A DNA stretch of 64,000 nt, from positions 112,696 to 176,695 of the forward strand of contig NCGY01000003.1 of assembly GCA_002281775.1 (NCBI GenBank), in the 5' to 3' direction. A program made the position numbers and the translations under genes. Position 1 is the first letter of the stretch; every line of letters begins with the position of its first letter. Below are positions 21,602 to 32,637 of the stretch, piece after piece. The notes under the pieces are model-generated. The model ran no database searches. It saw nothing but the letters and a program-made list of their open reading frames with translations, and was not told the origin of the DNA. The DNA is from Hydrogenophilales bacterium 16-64-46 (GTDB lineage Bacteria > Pseudomonadota > Gammaproteobacteria > Burkholderiales > Thiobacillaceae).

Positions 21602-22411
21602 ATGAACTTCGCCCTCATCCTGTTTCTTGCACTCGCCATCACCGGGGGGATATGGCTGCTGGATGTGCTGTTGCTCAAACGCTATCGGGACAAGGATGCC
21701 AAGGAGCCGATGCTGGTCGAATACGCCAAGAGCTTTTTCCCTGTGATCCTCATCGTCTTCGGGCTGCGCTCGTTTCTGGTCGAACCGTTCAAGATTCCAT
21801 CCGGCTCGATGATGCCGACCCTGCTGATCGGCGACTTCATCCTGGTCAACAAATTCACTTACGGTATCCGCCTGCCGGTCATCAACCAGAAGATCGTGCA
21901 GTTGAACGACCCGCAGCGCGGCGACATCATGGTGTTCCGCTATCCCGAAGACCCCGGCCTCGATTACATCAAACGTGTGGTGGGCACACCGGGCGACGTG
22001 GTCGAATACCGCGACAAGAAGCTGACGGTGAACGGCCAGCCGGTGCCCACCCGCCAGACCAGTACCTACAGCTACGTCGGCAGCGGCCTTAACTACGTCA
22101 CCGCCCTGGTCTACGACGAGCGGCTCAACGGCGAAGGCCACGCGATGATGACCGAACCGGGCAAGCCGGATTTCTTCCCGCCCCAGGTGACGGATTTTCC
22201 CGGCCGTGAAAACTGCTCCTACAATGCCGATGGCGTGGGCTTCAAGTGCACGGTGCCGGCGGGCCACTATTTCATGATGGGCGACAACCGCGACGCCAGC
22301 AACGACAGCCGTTACTGGGGCTTTGTGCCCGACGGGAACATCGTTGGCAAGGCCTTCTTCATCTGGATGAATTTCGACGATTTCGGTCGCATCGGCACCA
22401 CCCTTCGCTAA
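21602..22411 (+). CDS. lepB: Signal peptidase I
   Basis: IPSGSMMPTL, DYIKRVVG, MGDNRDASNDSRYWG. Confidence 0.97.
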   Translation: MNFALILFLALAITGGIWLLDVLLLKRYRDKDAKEPMLVEYAKSFFPVILIVFGLRSFLVEPFKIPSGSMMPTLLIGDFILVNKFTYGIRLPVINQKIVQLNDPQRGDIMVFRYPEDPGLDYIKRVVGTPGDVVEYRDKKLTVNGQPVPTRQTSTYSYVGSGLNYVTALVYDERLNGEGHAMMTEPGKPDFFPPQVTDFPGRENCSYNADGVGFKCTVPAGHYFMMGDNRDASNDSRYWGFVPDGNIVGKAFFIWMNFDDFGRIGTTLR

Positions 22412-22420
22412 GGAGAGATC

Positions 22421-22822
22421 ATGCAGCACGCACCCGCCCTTCCGTCCCACCAGTGTGGTCTGAGTTTGCTGGGCTTCATCTTTTCGGCCGCCATCCTCGT
22501 CATGCTGGCGGTCGTGGCGATGAAGGTGGTGCCCGCCTACATCGAGTTTTACGCCGTCAAGCGCATCCTCACGACCATGGACAAAGAAAGCGAACTCAGC
22601 AGCATGAGCAACGCGGAAATCCGGAGGGATTTCACGCGGCGGGCGGGGGCTGATTTCATCTCGGCAGTCAAGGCCGAAGACCTGACGATCACCCGCACCG
22701 CCGACAACACGCTAGTCAACGCAACGTACGAATTCCGCACCGCCCTGGTCGGCAACGTGAGCCTGGTGATCGATTTCGATGCCGTCTCCAATCCCGCAAC
22801 CGCCGCCGCCGCCGTTGAGTAA
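22421..22822 (+). CDS. DUF4845 protein
   Basis: Pilin-like N-terminal helix; conserved position between lepB and rnc. Confidence 0.82.
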   Translation: MQHAPALPSHQCGLSLLGFIFSAAILVMLAVVAMKVVPAYIEFYAVKRILTTMDKESELSSMSNAEIRRDFTRRAGADFISAVKAEDLTITRTADNTLVNATYEFRTALVGNVSLVIDFDAVSNPATAAAAVE

Positions 22823-23510
22823 TCCGCTGCTGCTCGAGCGCCTGCAGCAGGCGCTGGGCCACAGGTTTGCCCGGCCCGAACTGTTCGTTCAGGCGCTCAC
22901 CCACCGCAGCTATGCCTCGCTCAACAACGAGCGTCTCGAATTCCTCGGCGATTCGGTGCTCAACTGTTCGGTGGCGCGCGCGCTCTACGATGCTTTTCCC
23001 GACCTGCCCGAAGGCAGCCTCTCCCGCCTGCGCGCCAACCTCGTGCGGCAGGAAACCCTGGCCGAGATTGCCGTCGCGCTGAAGCTCGGCGACGTGTTGC
23101 GGCTGGGCGAAGGCGAATTGAAAAGCGGCGGTTTCCGTCGCCCCTCCATCCTGGCCGATGCGCTTGAATCGCTGTTCGGCGCGGTTTTTCTCGACGCCGG
23201 CTTCGACGCCGCCCAGCGCGTGGTGCGCGGCCTGTTCGATCCGCTGGTGGCAAAAATCGATCCCAGCGCCTCGGGCAAGGACGCCAAGACCCAGCTCCAG
23301 GAAATCCTGCAATCGCGCCGCCTGCCGCTGCCCGAATACCGTCTCGTCGATACCCGGGGCGAGGCGCACGACCAGAGTTTCATCGTCGAGTGTGTGCTGG
23401 CGCGCCCGCCGCGTATCACGCGCGGCGTCGGCAAAAGCCGGCGCTCGGCGGAACAGGAAGCCGCGCGTGAAGCCTGCGCGCTGCTGGCAACGAGCGGGAA
23501 CAAATCATGA
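22815..23510 (+). CDS. rnc: Ribonuclease III
   Basis: [12 protein letters not shown] plus C-terminal dsRBD; probable TTG start. Confidence 0.96.
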   Translation: MSNPLLLERLQQALGHRFARPELFVQALTHRSYASLNNERLEFLGDSVLNCSVARALYDAFPDLPEGSLSRLRANLVRQETLAEIAVALKLGDVLRLGEGELKSGGFRRPSILADALESLFGAVFLDAGFDAAQRVVRGLFDPLVAKIDPSASGKDAKTQLQEILQSRRLPLPEYRLVDTRGEAHDQSFIVECVLARPPRITRGVGKSRRSAEQEAAREACALLATSGNKS

Positions 23511-24400
23511 ACGATACCTCACACTTCAAATGCGGCCTGGTGGCCATCGTCGGTCGTCCCAACGTCGGCAAGTCCACGCTGCTCAACAAGCTGGTGGGAC
23601 AGAAGATCAGCATCACCTCCAAGAAGGCGCAGACCACGCGGCACCGCGTCATGGGCATACGCACCAACGAGGCCGCGCAGTTCGTGTTTGTCGACACCCC
23701 CGGCTTCCAGACGCGCCACGCCAGCACCATGAACCGCGCGATGAACAAGCGCGTGCGCGAGACACTCTCGGACACCGACGTGGTGATGATGCTGGTCGAG
23801 GCCGGCCGGCTCTCGCCCGAGGATAGGCAGGTGATCGATCTGCTGCCGGAAGATCGCCCGGTGATCCTGGTCGTCAACAAGATCGACTACGCAAAAGACA
23901 AAGCTGCCTTCATGGCGTGGTTGCAGGAAGTGGCCGCCGTGCGGGCCTTCACCGAGATCGTGCCAGTATCGGCCAAGAATGCGCAGAATCTTGATGAACT
24001 CCTGAAGGTTTTGCAGGCCCTCCTGCCGGAGAACGCGCCGCTCTTCGACGAGGACGACGTCACCGACCAGACCGAGCGCCAGCTCGCCGCCGAACTCATC
24101 CGCGAAAAGGTGTTCCGCCTGTGCGGCGAGGAAATCCCCTACGCCGTCGCGGTGCAGATCGACAAGTTCGAGGAGGAAGGCAATCTGCGCCGCATCTTCG
24201 CCACCATCCTCGTCGACCGCGACGGCCACAAGGCCATCGTCATCGGCCATGGCGGCGAAAAGCTCAAGACCATCTCCACCCAGGCGCGGCTTGACATGGA
24301 GCGCGCCTTCGACAGCAAGGTGTATCTGGAAGTGTGGGTGAAGGTGAAGGGCGGCTGGGCAGACGACGTGCGCATGCTGAAATCGCTGGGGCTGGATTGA
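23507..24400 (+). CDS. era: GTPase Era
   Basis: [19 protein letters not shown] domain. Confidence 0.97.
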   Translation: MNDTSHFKCGLVAIVGRPNVGKSTLLNKLVGQKISITSKKAQTTRHRVMGIRTNEAAQFVFVDTPGFQTRHASTMNRAMNKRVRETLSDTDVVMMLVEAGRLSPEDRQVIDLLPEDRPVILVVNKIDYAKDKAAFMAWLQEVAAVRAFTEIVPVSAKNAQNLDELLKVLQALLPENAPLFDEDDVTDQTERQLAAELIREKVFRLCGEEIPYAVAVQIDKFEEEGNLRRIFATILVDRDGHKAIVIGHGGEKLKTISTQARLDMERAFDSKVYLEVWVKVKGGWADDVRMLKSLGLD

Positions 24401-24428
24401 GGCGTTCGAAGTGTCAGGCGTGGTTTGA

Positions 24429-24532
24429 ACGAGGAGGGCACGGCGGTTGCAGCGGATAATCCAGACAGGGAGGCAAAGGAGGAAACCCTGATGCCCTCCC
24501 TTAAGCCCTCCGTGCCCGCTGCGTCCTCCTTG
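24429..24532. repeat. Imperfect inverted repeat built from ~9-mer units (era-recO gap)
   Basis: ACGAGGAGGGCACGG ... CCCTCCGTGCCCGCTGCGTCCTCCTTGT. Confidence 0.55.
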
Positions 24533-25275
24533 TGAATCAGGATCATCCCGTGTCCGACGCCCGCATCAACAACACACCTGGCTTCATCCTCCACACCTAT
24601 CCTTTCAAGGAAACCAGCGTGGTCGCCGAAGTCTTCACCCGCGAACACGGCCGCGTCGCGCTGATCGCGCGTGGCGCGCGGCGGCCGGCGTCGGCCCTGC
24701 GCGGGCTGATGCAGCCCTTTACGCCGCTCCTGCTGTCGTGGTTCGGCAAGTCCGAGCTGAAAACCCTGCACGCCGCCGAATGGCAGGGTGGGCTCGCGGC
24801 CCCGCAGGGACGCGGCCTGATGTGCGGTTTCTACCTCAACGAACTGCTGCTGCGCGTGCTGGCGCGGGGCGACGCGCACGAGGCGCTGTACGACCGCTAC
24901 ACCGAAACCCTCGCGCTGCTGGCGGGCGACGGGGGTGGCGACGAAGAAAGAATCCTGCGCCGTTTCGAGAAGAACCTGCTCGCCGACATCGGTTACGGGG
25001 CCACTTTCGATACCGACGCCGATACCCATGCGCCCATCGAGCCTGCCGTTCGCTATGTCTTTCAGCCCGAACGGGGTGCCTTGCGTGCCCAAGGCCAGCC
25101 AGGCTGCTTGGTCAGCGGCCAGACCCTGCTCGATCTGGCCGCCGACCGCTTCGACGACCCCGCCACCCTCGTCGAAGCCAAGGCCCTGATGCGCAGCCTC
25201 ATCAACCATACCCTCGGTGCCAAGCCGCTTTATACTCGCCAGCTGCTGCGCGAACTCACCGACCTTTCGCCCTGA
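24532..25275 (+). CDS. recO: DNA repair protein RecO
   Basis: FILHTYPFKETS, GRVALIARGARR, FYLNELL; true start may be 24550. Confidence 0.95.
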   Translation: MNQDHPVSDARINNTPGFILHTYPFKETSVVAEVFTREHGRVALIARGARRPASALRGLMQPFTPLLLSWFGKSELKTLHAAEWQGGLAAPQGRGLMCGFYLNELLLRVLARGDAHEALYDRYTETLALLAGDGGGDEERILRRFEKNLLADIGYGATFDTDADTHAPIEPAVRYVFQPERGALRAQGQPGCLVSGQTLLDLAADRFDDPATLVEAKALMRSLINHTLGAKPLYTRQLLRELTDLSP

Positions 25276-25297
25276 TTTCCTCTGGAAAATCCTTTTA

Positions 25298-25356
25298 CAC
25301 AGAGGGCGCAGAGGGCACGGAGGGAAGAACCAGGGGGGTCCTCAGCGTCCTCTGTG
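25298..25356. repeat. 9-mer-unit inverted repeat (recO-pdxJ gap)
   Basis: CACAGAGGG CGCAGAGGG CACGGAGGG ... CCTCAGCGT CCTCTGTG. Confidence 0.7.
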
Positions 25357-25380
25357 AGTATGGCTAACTGGACAAAAAAC

Positions 25381-26112
25381 ATGAGCATCTACCTCGGCGT
25401 CAACATCGACCACATCGCCACCCTGCGCCAGGCGCGCAAGACCCGCTACCCCAGCCCGGTCGAAGCCGCGCTCATGGCCGAAACCGCCGGTGCCGATTCC
25501 ATCACCCTGCACCTGCGTGAAGACCGCCGACACATCCAGGATGCCGACGTTGCCATCCTGCGCCAGTGCCTCAAAACCAAGATGAACCTGGAAATGGCCG
25601 TCACCGCAGAAATGCTTGCCATCGCCATCGCCACTAAACCGCAGGACGTTTGCCTCGTCCCGGAAAAGCGCGAAGAACTCACCACCGAAGGCGGCCTCGA
25701 CGTGAAAGGCCAACTACCGAAGATCGGCGATGCCTGCACGCGCCTGGCGGATGCCGGCATCCGCGTCTCACTCTTCATCGACCCCGACTTCGCCCAGCTC
25801 GACGCCGCCCTGACCTGCGGCGCACCCGTTGTCGAAATCCACACGGGTGCCTACGCCGACGCCGAAACGGACGCAGCGCATCACGCCGAGTTCGAACGCA
25901 TCCGCATGGCCGTCGCCTATGGCCGCAGCCTCGGCCTCACCGTCAACGCCGGCCACGGCCTCACCTACCACAACGTCCAGCCCATCGCCGCGCTGCCCGG
26001 CATCCATGAACTCAACATCGGCCACGCCATCGTCGCGCAGGCGCTCTTCGTGGGCTGGCAGGAAGCGGTGGCGGAGATGAAGCGGCTGATGGTCGAGGCC
26101 GCGCGTCTCTGA
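25381..26112 (+). CDS. pdxJ: Pyridoxine 5'-phosphate synthase
   Basis: [40 protein letters not shown]. Confidence 0.97.
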   Translation: MSIYLGVNIDHIATLRQARKTRYPSPVEAALMAETAGADSITLHLREDRRHIQDADVAILRQCLKTKMNLEMAVTAEMLAIAIATKPQDVCLVPEKREELTTEGGLDVKGQLPKIGDACTRLADAGIRVSLFIDPDFAQLDAALTCGAPVVEIHTGAYADAETDAAHHAEFERIRMAVAYGRSLGLTVNAGHGLTYHNVQPIAALPGIHELNIGHAIVAQALFVGWQEAVAEMKRLMVEAARL

Positions 26113-26119
26113 GCCGCGC

Positions 26120-26134
26120 TGACAATTTGCGTCA
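26120..26134. promoter_or_regulatory. Candidate enhancer-binding-protein (PilR-like) site
   Basis: TGAC-N7-GTCA about 120 bp upstream of the sigma54 promoter. Confidence 0.35.
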
Positions 26135-26254
26135 CCGGTTTGCCCCCACCGGGCAGCCTGGCTGACCCGCCCGCCCGCCCGCGTTCAGGCCGACCGCCCG
26201 CACAAGCCTTGAACTACGCGGCTCCGCGATAATTTTTGGCGTTTTCCCTAAAGT

Positions 26255-26270
26255 TGGCACGGCCGATGCT
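26255..26270 (+). promoter_or_regulatory. Sigma54 (-24/-12) promoter of pilin
   Basis: TGGCAC-GGCCG-ATGCT with GG-N10-GC spacing. Confidence 0.8.
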
Positions 26271-26331
26271 CGTTATCGGGCAAGACAGGGACATCCTGTT
26301 GGACCCCATCAACCATGTAAGGAGAGGTTAA

Positions 26332-26790
26332 ATGATCAAACGCGTACAACAGGGCTTTACCCTGATCGAACTGATGATCGTCGTCGCGATCATCGGTATT
26401 CTGGCTGCCATCGCGATTCCGCAATATACCAAGTACGTGGCGCGCGCGGAGTCGAACACTGGTTTGCAGGCGATTGCGGCGCTTAAGACGGGGGTGGAAG
26501 ATGGTTTTGCCCGTGGCGTGGCGGGCACTACCATGAACGCAACAACCCTGGGAGCTACGACCAGCCCGCTTGGCACGATTGGCATTAACATGACGGATGC
26601 GGGTTCTGGTAGCTTGACATTCAAATTTGGTACGACGTCCAGCCCCAAGGTTACGGGCAAGACTCATACCTTGACCCGTGATGTGGACGGCAACTGGAAT
26701 TGCACATCTGACGTTGATACAGAATTTCTGCCGAAAGGTTGTACTGGTGCTGGCGGTGGCTCTGGCTCAGGTAGCGGCTCTGCTCCTTAA
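26332..26790 (+). CDS. pilA: Type IVa major pilin
   Basis: QQG|FTLIELMIVVAIIGILAAIAIPQY prepilin motif; C-terminal Cys pair; Gly/Ser tail. Confidence 0.95.
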   Translation: MIKRVQQGFTLIELMIVVAIIGILAAIAIPQYTKYVARAESNTGLQAIAALKTGVEDGFARGVAGTTMNATTLGATTSPLGTIGINMTDAGSGSLTFKFGTTSSPKVTGKTHTLTRDVDGNWNCTSDVDTEFLPKGCTGAGGGSGSGSGSAP

Positions 26791-26803
26791 TCTGCTTGAC
26801 CCG

Positions 26804-26838
26804 AAACCCCCCACTGCACCGCGTGGGGGTGTTTTTTT
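26804..26838 (+). terminator. Rho-independent terminator after pilin
   Basis: CCCCCAC/GTGGGGG stem followed by a T7 run. Confidence 0.75.
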
Positions 26839-26923
26839 ACTGCGGAGCACTTGTTTGACCGGTTTTACGTTTCGCGCTAAGCAGCGAAACGCAAGCCCGG
26901 TAATCCAGACTGAAGCCCATGCC

Positions 26924-28690
26924 ATGCAGGCGCGCGCCGTGTCTCGTACAATTCTGTGGGTACTGTTCGGACTCTATGTCCTGATCGTGTTCCTGCCCAA
27001 TCTGGCCTGGTGGAAACTGGCACCGGTGGATGCGCCATTTGCCACGCCGATGGCGGCTAATCTCGTCTTTCTGCTCCTCGCCTTCGCGCTGACACGGCCG
27101 GTGTGGCCGGGCGTGTGGTTGTTGCTGCCGCTTGCCGTCCTGGCACCGGCCGAGGTGTTCTACACCCTGACCTACGGCCATCCCAGCGATGTTCACCTGC
27201 TGGGCATACTGCGCGAGACGAACCTGTCCGAGGCCGGTAGCTATGCCCGGGGCCTGGGTGGGCTGGTTCTGCTGACCATGCTGGGTACATTGGGTCTGGG
27301 GATGTGGCTGGCGCGCGGATTGCGCGCCAGCGGCCTCGCCTGGCCCGGCCGAATACGCCTGCTGGTCCTGGTGAGCGGCGGGCTGGCAGGGGTGTTGATC
27401 GCGGCCCAGGATTTGCCGCTCGGCGAGGCAGAGGCGGCGGGCCCGGAGCCCGGCCGCCAGGCGGAGATGGAGGCGCGGTTGACCGGGGGTGAAACCAGCG
27501 GGTCGGGCCGCGAACTGATGAATTCCTATCCCCTGGGCCTGCCTTTCCGCGTGGCGAGCTATCTGGAGCAGCGTGCCGGCTTGGCGGAAGCACAGGCCCG
27601 GCTGCAGGATTTCAGTTTTGGTGCGCACCAGCCCGCAGCACCAGCCGCGCGCCAGGTTCACGTTCTGGTGATTGGTGAAACCGGGCGTGCCGACCACTGG
27701 CAGCTGAACGGCTACGCGCGTGCCACCACGCCCCGCCTTGCACGCACGCCAGGCGTGGTGAATTTCGGCGACGTGGTGTCGAACTGGGCGTGGACGCGGA
27801 TGTCGGTGCCCGTGATGTTGACGCGCAAGCCGGGCAGGGACCGCAATGTTTTTTTCGCCGAGAGGTCGCTCATCAGCGCCTTTCGCGAGGCGGGTTTCCG
27901 TACCTACTGGCTGTCGACCCAGAGCCCGCTAGGCAAGCACGATAGTTCCATTGCCCTGTACGCAGATGAGGCAGACGAGACGCGCTATCTCAACCCTGCC
28001 CGCTATTCCGGCCCGGGGGTATACGACGGTGCGTTGCTGGAGGCGCTGGACGCAGTGCTGGCACGCCGCGAGCCCAGGCAGCTGATTGTTTTGCATACCC
28101 TGGGCAGCCACTTCAACTATGCCGACCGCTACCCGGAATCCTTCGACGTTTTCCGGCCGTCGTTCAAGGGACGCTCTGACGCCAGCTTGCACGACCCGTC
28201 AAACCGCAGCGAGCTGCGCAACAGCTATGACAACAGCATTCTCTATACCGATCACGTGCTGGCGGAAGCGATAGACCGGCTGAACCGGCTGGATGCGCAT
28301 GCAACCCTGCTCTATATGGCGGATCACGGCGAAAATCTGTTCGATGACGATTGCCCGAAAAGCGGTCATGGTCACATGACCGAACGCGACTTCCGCGTGG
28401 CGTCGATCTGGTGGAATTCGGCCTCCTGGGCGCGCGCCCGGCCGGAGCCGCTGACGCGACTGCACTCACGGCGGAATGCGCCGCTCACAGCTGAACACGT
28501 GTTTCCCACGCTGCTGGATGCGGCCGGTATCAAAATCGACGGGGATGACGAGACGCACAGTCTGCTGGCGCAAGCTTGGCGGCCCAGGCCGCGATGGGTG
28601 CAGGGCGAACTGGATTTCGACGCCGCAGTTCGTGATGTGCAGTGCCTGGCTCTCGTATCGGGGGCGCACGCCAGGCGGGCAATCAAATGA
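26924..28690 (+). CDS. Phosphoethanolamine transferase (EptA/PptA-like)
   Basis: N-terminal TM segments; VLVIGETGRA, catalytic T in AWTRMSVP, LHTLGSH, YDNSILYTD, ADHGE. Confidence 0.88.
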   Translation: MQARAVSRTILWVLFGLYVLIVFLPNLAWWKLAPVDAPFATPMAANLVFLLLAFALTRPVWPGVWLLLPLAVLAPAEVFYTLTYGHPSDVHLLGILRETNLSEAGSYARGLGGLVLLTMLGTLGLGMWLARGLRASGLAWPGRIRLLVLVSGGLAGVLIAAQDLPLGEAEAAGPEPGRQAEMEARLTGGETSGSGRELMNSYPLGLPFRVASYLEQRAGLAEAQARLQDFSFGAHQPAAPAARQVHVLVIGETGRADHWQLNGYARATTPRLARTPGVVNFGDVVSNWAWTRMSVPVMLTRKPGRDRNVFFAERSLISAFREAGFRTYWLSTQSPLGKHDSSIALYADEADETRYLNPARYSGPGVYDGALLEALDAVLARREPRQLIVLHTLGSHFNYADRYPESFDVFRPSFKGRSDASLHDPSNRSELRNSYDNSILYTDHVLAEAIDRLNRLDAHATLLYMADHGENLFDDDCPKSGHGHMTERDFRVASIWWNSASWARARPEPLTRLHSRRNAPLTAEHVFPTLLDAAGIKIDGDDETHSLLAQAWRPRPRWVQGELDFDAAVRDVQCLALVSGAHARRAIK

Positions 28691-29778
28691 ACAAGAGCCT
28701 GGGTTACATAGCGGGGCTGGACGGCCTGCGGGCGATCGCCGTATCCCTGGTCATGGTGTCACACGCCCATACGCCATTCTTCGATAATGGCATGCTGGGC
28801 GTGGATATCTTTTTCGTCTTGAGCGGCTTCCTGATCACCCGAATCCTGCTCAACGAACAGATCGAAACCGGACGCATCGACACGCTGCGCTTCTATGTCA
28901 ACCGTTTCATGCGACTGACGCCACCGCTGTTGTTGCTGCTGCTGCTATACGTCATGCTGGCACCGCTGACATGGCCTCAGGATACCCATACTCTCAGGGA
29001 TGCAGGGATTGCCGGCCTCTATCTCAGTGACTATGCGCTGGCCCTGGAGGGGATACCGGGACGGCTCCGGCATACCTGGTCCTTGGCCGTCGAGGAACAT
29101 TTCTATCTGTTATGGCCGCTCGCGCTCCTGGTCATGCGGTCTTGCCGCCCGGCGACGCGTGTACTCATACTGGCTGCGGTTTATGTGCTCGCGACGCTCT
29201 GGCGGATTGAGTGCGCCTCGGTGCAGAGTTGGGATGCGGTGTATTACCGTTTTGACACCCGCTTCAGCGGGCTGATGCTAGGGGCATTGCTGGCGGCAAT
29301 GATGGACGTCGACTGGCGACGTTATGCCAAACCCGGGGTGATGCCGCTTGTCGCCCTATCCGGGTTGCTGGTGATACTGCTTGGGCTGGGTGACGGCGGC
29401 GGCTGGAAACATACGCCTGTGCTGCAGTATGGTGTGATCGGCACCGAGCTGGTGACGGCAGCCACGATACTTGCCATCTTGCAGTCTGAATCCCAGATAA
29501 AGTGGCTTGCTCACCCCCTGCTGACCTATATCGGCCGACTGTCGTATGGCATGTACCTGTTTCATTATCCAGTGATGCTGTATTTCCGCGAGACGTCCGG
29601 TTGGGCGGATGCCCTGCTGTATGGGGGCATCGGCGGTACGCTGCTGGCAGCCCTTTCCTATCACACCCTCGAAGCCCGGGTTAGACGCTGGCGCAAGACC
29701 CGGCAGGCTGAGCATGTGCCGTTGCCAGTAGCACTTTCGCCGGCTGAGGCGACGGCCGGCCGTTCTGGTTCGCTCTAG
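28687..29778 (+). CDS. Acyltransferase-3 (OafA-like O-acyltransferase)
   Basis: LDGLRAIAV, GVDIFFVLSGFLIT, HTWSLAVEEHFY, SYGMYLFHYP. Confidence 0.92.
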   Translation: MNKSLGYIAGLDGLRAIAVSLVMVSHAHTPFFDNGMLGVDIFFVLSGFLITRILLNEQIETGRIDTLRFYVNRFMRLTPPLLLLLLLYVMLAPLTWPQDTHTLRDAGIAGLYLSDYALALEGIPGRLRHTWSLAVEEHFYLLWPLALLVMRSCRPATRVLILAAVYVLATLWRIECASVQSWDAVYYRFDTRFSGLMLGALLAAMMDVDWRRYAKPGVMPLVALSGLLVILLGLGDGGGWKHTPVLQYGVIGTELVTAATILAILQSESQIKWLAHPLLTYIGRLSYGMYLFHYPVMLYFRETSGWADALLYGGIGGTLLAALSYHTLEARVRRWRKTRQAEHVPLPVALSPAEATAGRSGSL

Positions 29779-29783
29779 GTCGC

Positions 29784-30038
29784 GTGGTGGTCGCAGGCCG
29801 GGTTGGTGCGCATGAGGTGATCGAGCGGATCGCGGAACTGCCTTTGCGTATTGACCAGGACATGCCGGGACCTGCTGCCCTGTTGTCTCTGGCGCTACGC
29901 TATGACCTGACGAGCGACGGCGCGGCCTACCTGGAACTCGCGCTTCGGCTGCAACTACCCATCGCGACTCGCAATGCGGCCTTGATGGAGACGGTCAGGG
30001 CTGCCGGGGTGGGCATGTTCAAAGTATCTGGATCGTGA
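29784..30038 (+). pseudogene. C-terminal remnant of a PIN/VapC toxin
   Basis: LRYDLTSDGAAYLELALRLQLPIATRNAAL; no N-terminal D-x-S/N motif and no antitoxin. Confidence 0.65.
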
Positions 30039-30047
30039 ATCCGGTTT

Positions 30048-30486
30048 TCAGTCGCCGGTCGGGGCATTGAGGGCGTGCCGGATGACGTCGGTGGTAAATC
30101 CCCGGCTTAGCATGAAGCGGATCTGTCGGGCCTTGTCGGCTGCATCGGCGGCCGGGGTGCCGAATTTTTTCTGCCATACGCTGCGGGCGCGTTCGAGTTC
30201 GCTGTCGCGATTCGCGCGCATCACGGCTTCTATCACGTCGTCACTGATGCCGTGCTGGCGCAGATCGTGGGCGAGCTTGACGCTGCCGGCGCGGGCGCGG
30301 TGATCGGCCACCCAGCTTTCGGCAAAGCGCTTGTCCGATAGCCAGTTCTTTTCCTCGAATTCATCCAGGACCGGCCCGATGGCTTCGGGCTCAAAGCCGG
30401 CACGTTCGAGCTTGCGCGTCAGATCATGGCGGCTGTGTTCGCGCCGCGCCAGATAGCCCAGCGCGCGCCGGCGCAGGCTGGCCGGG

Positions 30487-30509
<23 letters not shown>
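30048..30509 (-). CDS. recX: Regulatory protein RecX
   Basis: [32 protein letters not shown]. Confidence 0.93.
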
Positions 30510-31542
<1,033 letters not shown>

Positions 31543-31586
31543 GGGAATCTCCTGGGGGTGGGGCAGGCGTGGCCTGCATGGGGTGA

Positions 31587-31615
31587 ACTGTAGGCAATAC
31601 AATTATACATGTCAA
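31587..31615 (-). promoter_or_regulatory. Sigma70 promoter of recA
   Basis: Minus strand TTGACA-N17-TACAGT; two identical AATAAAAAATA tracts at 31614 and 31632; no CTGT-N8-ACAG box. Confidence 0.75.
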
Positions 31616-31698
31616 TAAAAAATATCACCTAAATAAAAAATAGCTGTTATTCGTTTCTGCCCGCCTATAATCAGCTCACCTGTTCGTTGCGAGACGTG

Positions 31699-32586
31699 AT
31701 GTCATCCCGGGAAAAAATGCTGGCCGACCTGAAATGGGCCACGCGCCAGCGGCTGCAATACATCGAATGCATGGCCTGGTACGCCGGCGTGGTCACGCGC
31801 GGCGACGTGGCGCGCGCGTTCGGGCTGTCGGACCCGGCTGCGACCAAGGATCTGAAACTGTATGGCGACCTGGTGCCGGGCAACCTCGGTTATAACCATG
31901 CGGTGTTCGGCTTTGTCCCCATGCCAGGTTTTGCGCCGGTGTTCGCCGATTTGTCGCCGGCCGTGGCCTTGCCGGCCATTGCGGCCAACCTCGCGGTGGC
32001 CAATGGGCCGTTCGGTGACGCGCGCATTTACGGCCTGCCCACGGCCAGTCTTCCCCTGCCCGTGCGCCTGCCCAGTCGCACAGTCCTGGCGCAGATCACC
32101 CGCGCCATGTTCTGTCGGCGGCAGGTGCGCGTGGTGTATCGCTCGATGAGCGGCAGCGCCACCGAGGCGCGGGTGCTGGAACCGCATACCCTGGTCGATA
32201 CCGGGCTGCGCTGGCATGTGCGCGCCTACAGCGAGGCACACGGCGAATTCCGCGATTACGTGTTGTCTCGCATCGTCGAGGCGAGCCTCTTGGAAACGCC
32301 TGCCGAGTCGGCCGAGGAATACGATGAGGAGTGGGTGGAGTGGGTGCGGCTGGAACTGGTGCCCCATCCGGGCCTGGACGCCGACCGCCGCGCCAGCCTG
32401 CTGTTCGACTACGGTGCTACGGGCGAGGTGATCGAGCTGAACGTGCGCCGCGCGCTGCTGGGCTATGTGCTACAGCGTCTGGGGGTGGACACCACCGCTG
32501 CGCATACGATGAATCCGCAGGCCTGGCAATTGGTGGTGGCCAATCGTGAGGACGTGGAGCCGTTTGCGGCGTGGGCGTTTCGGTGA
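31699..32586 (+). CDS. WYL-domain regulator, CapW/BrxR type (wHTH-WYL-C-terminal domain)
   Basis: RQRLQYIE...VTRGDVARAFGLS.P.A..DL..Y...PGNL.Y N-terminus; LEPHTLVDTGLRWHVRAY...FRDYVLSRI; PHPGL...DYG...VRRALLGY C-terminus; TATAAT at 31666. Confidence 0.88.
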   Translation: MSSREKMLADLKWATRQRLQYIECMAWYAGVVTRGDVARAFGLSDPAATKDLKLYGDLVPGNLGYNHAVFGFVPMPGFAPVFADLSPAVALPAIAANLAVANGPFGDARIYGLPTASLPLPVRLPSRTVLAQITRAMFCRRQVRVVYRSMSGSATEARVLEPHTLVDTGLRWHVRAYSEAHGEFRDYVLSRIVEASLLETPAESAEEYDEEWVEWVRLELVPHPGLDADRRASLLFDYGATGEVIELNVRRALLGYVLQRLGVDTTAAHTMNPQAWQLVVANREDVEPFAAWAFR

Positions 32587-32588
32587 TG

Positions 32589-32637
32589 GGTGAGTGGTGA
32601 GCGGTGAGCGGTTTATTCTGTCCACTCCCCACTCACC
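32589..32637. repeat. Heptamer-unit inverted repeat between WYL gene and cinA
   Basis: GGTGAGT GGTGAGC GGTGAGC ... ACTCCCC ACTCACC. Confidence 0.7.

Noticed and set aside
26678-26923. Extended N-terminus of the pEtN transferase given in the ORF track
   Set aside because: Overlaps the pilin 3' end and its terminator; downstream ATG at 26924 is more plausible
31588-31603. LexA SOS box at recA
   Set aside because: CTGT-N8-CAAT does not match CTGT-N8-ACAG; a lineage-specific LexA motif cannot be excluded by eye
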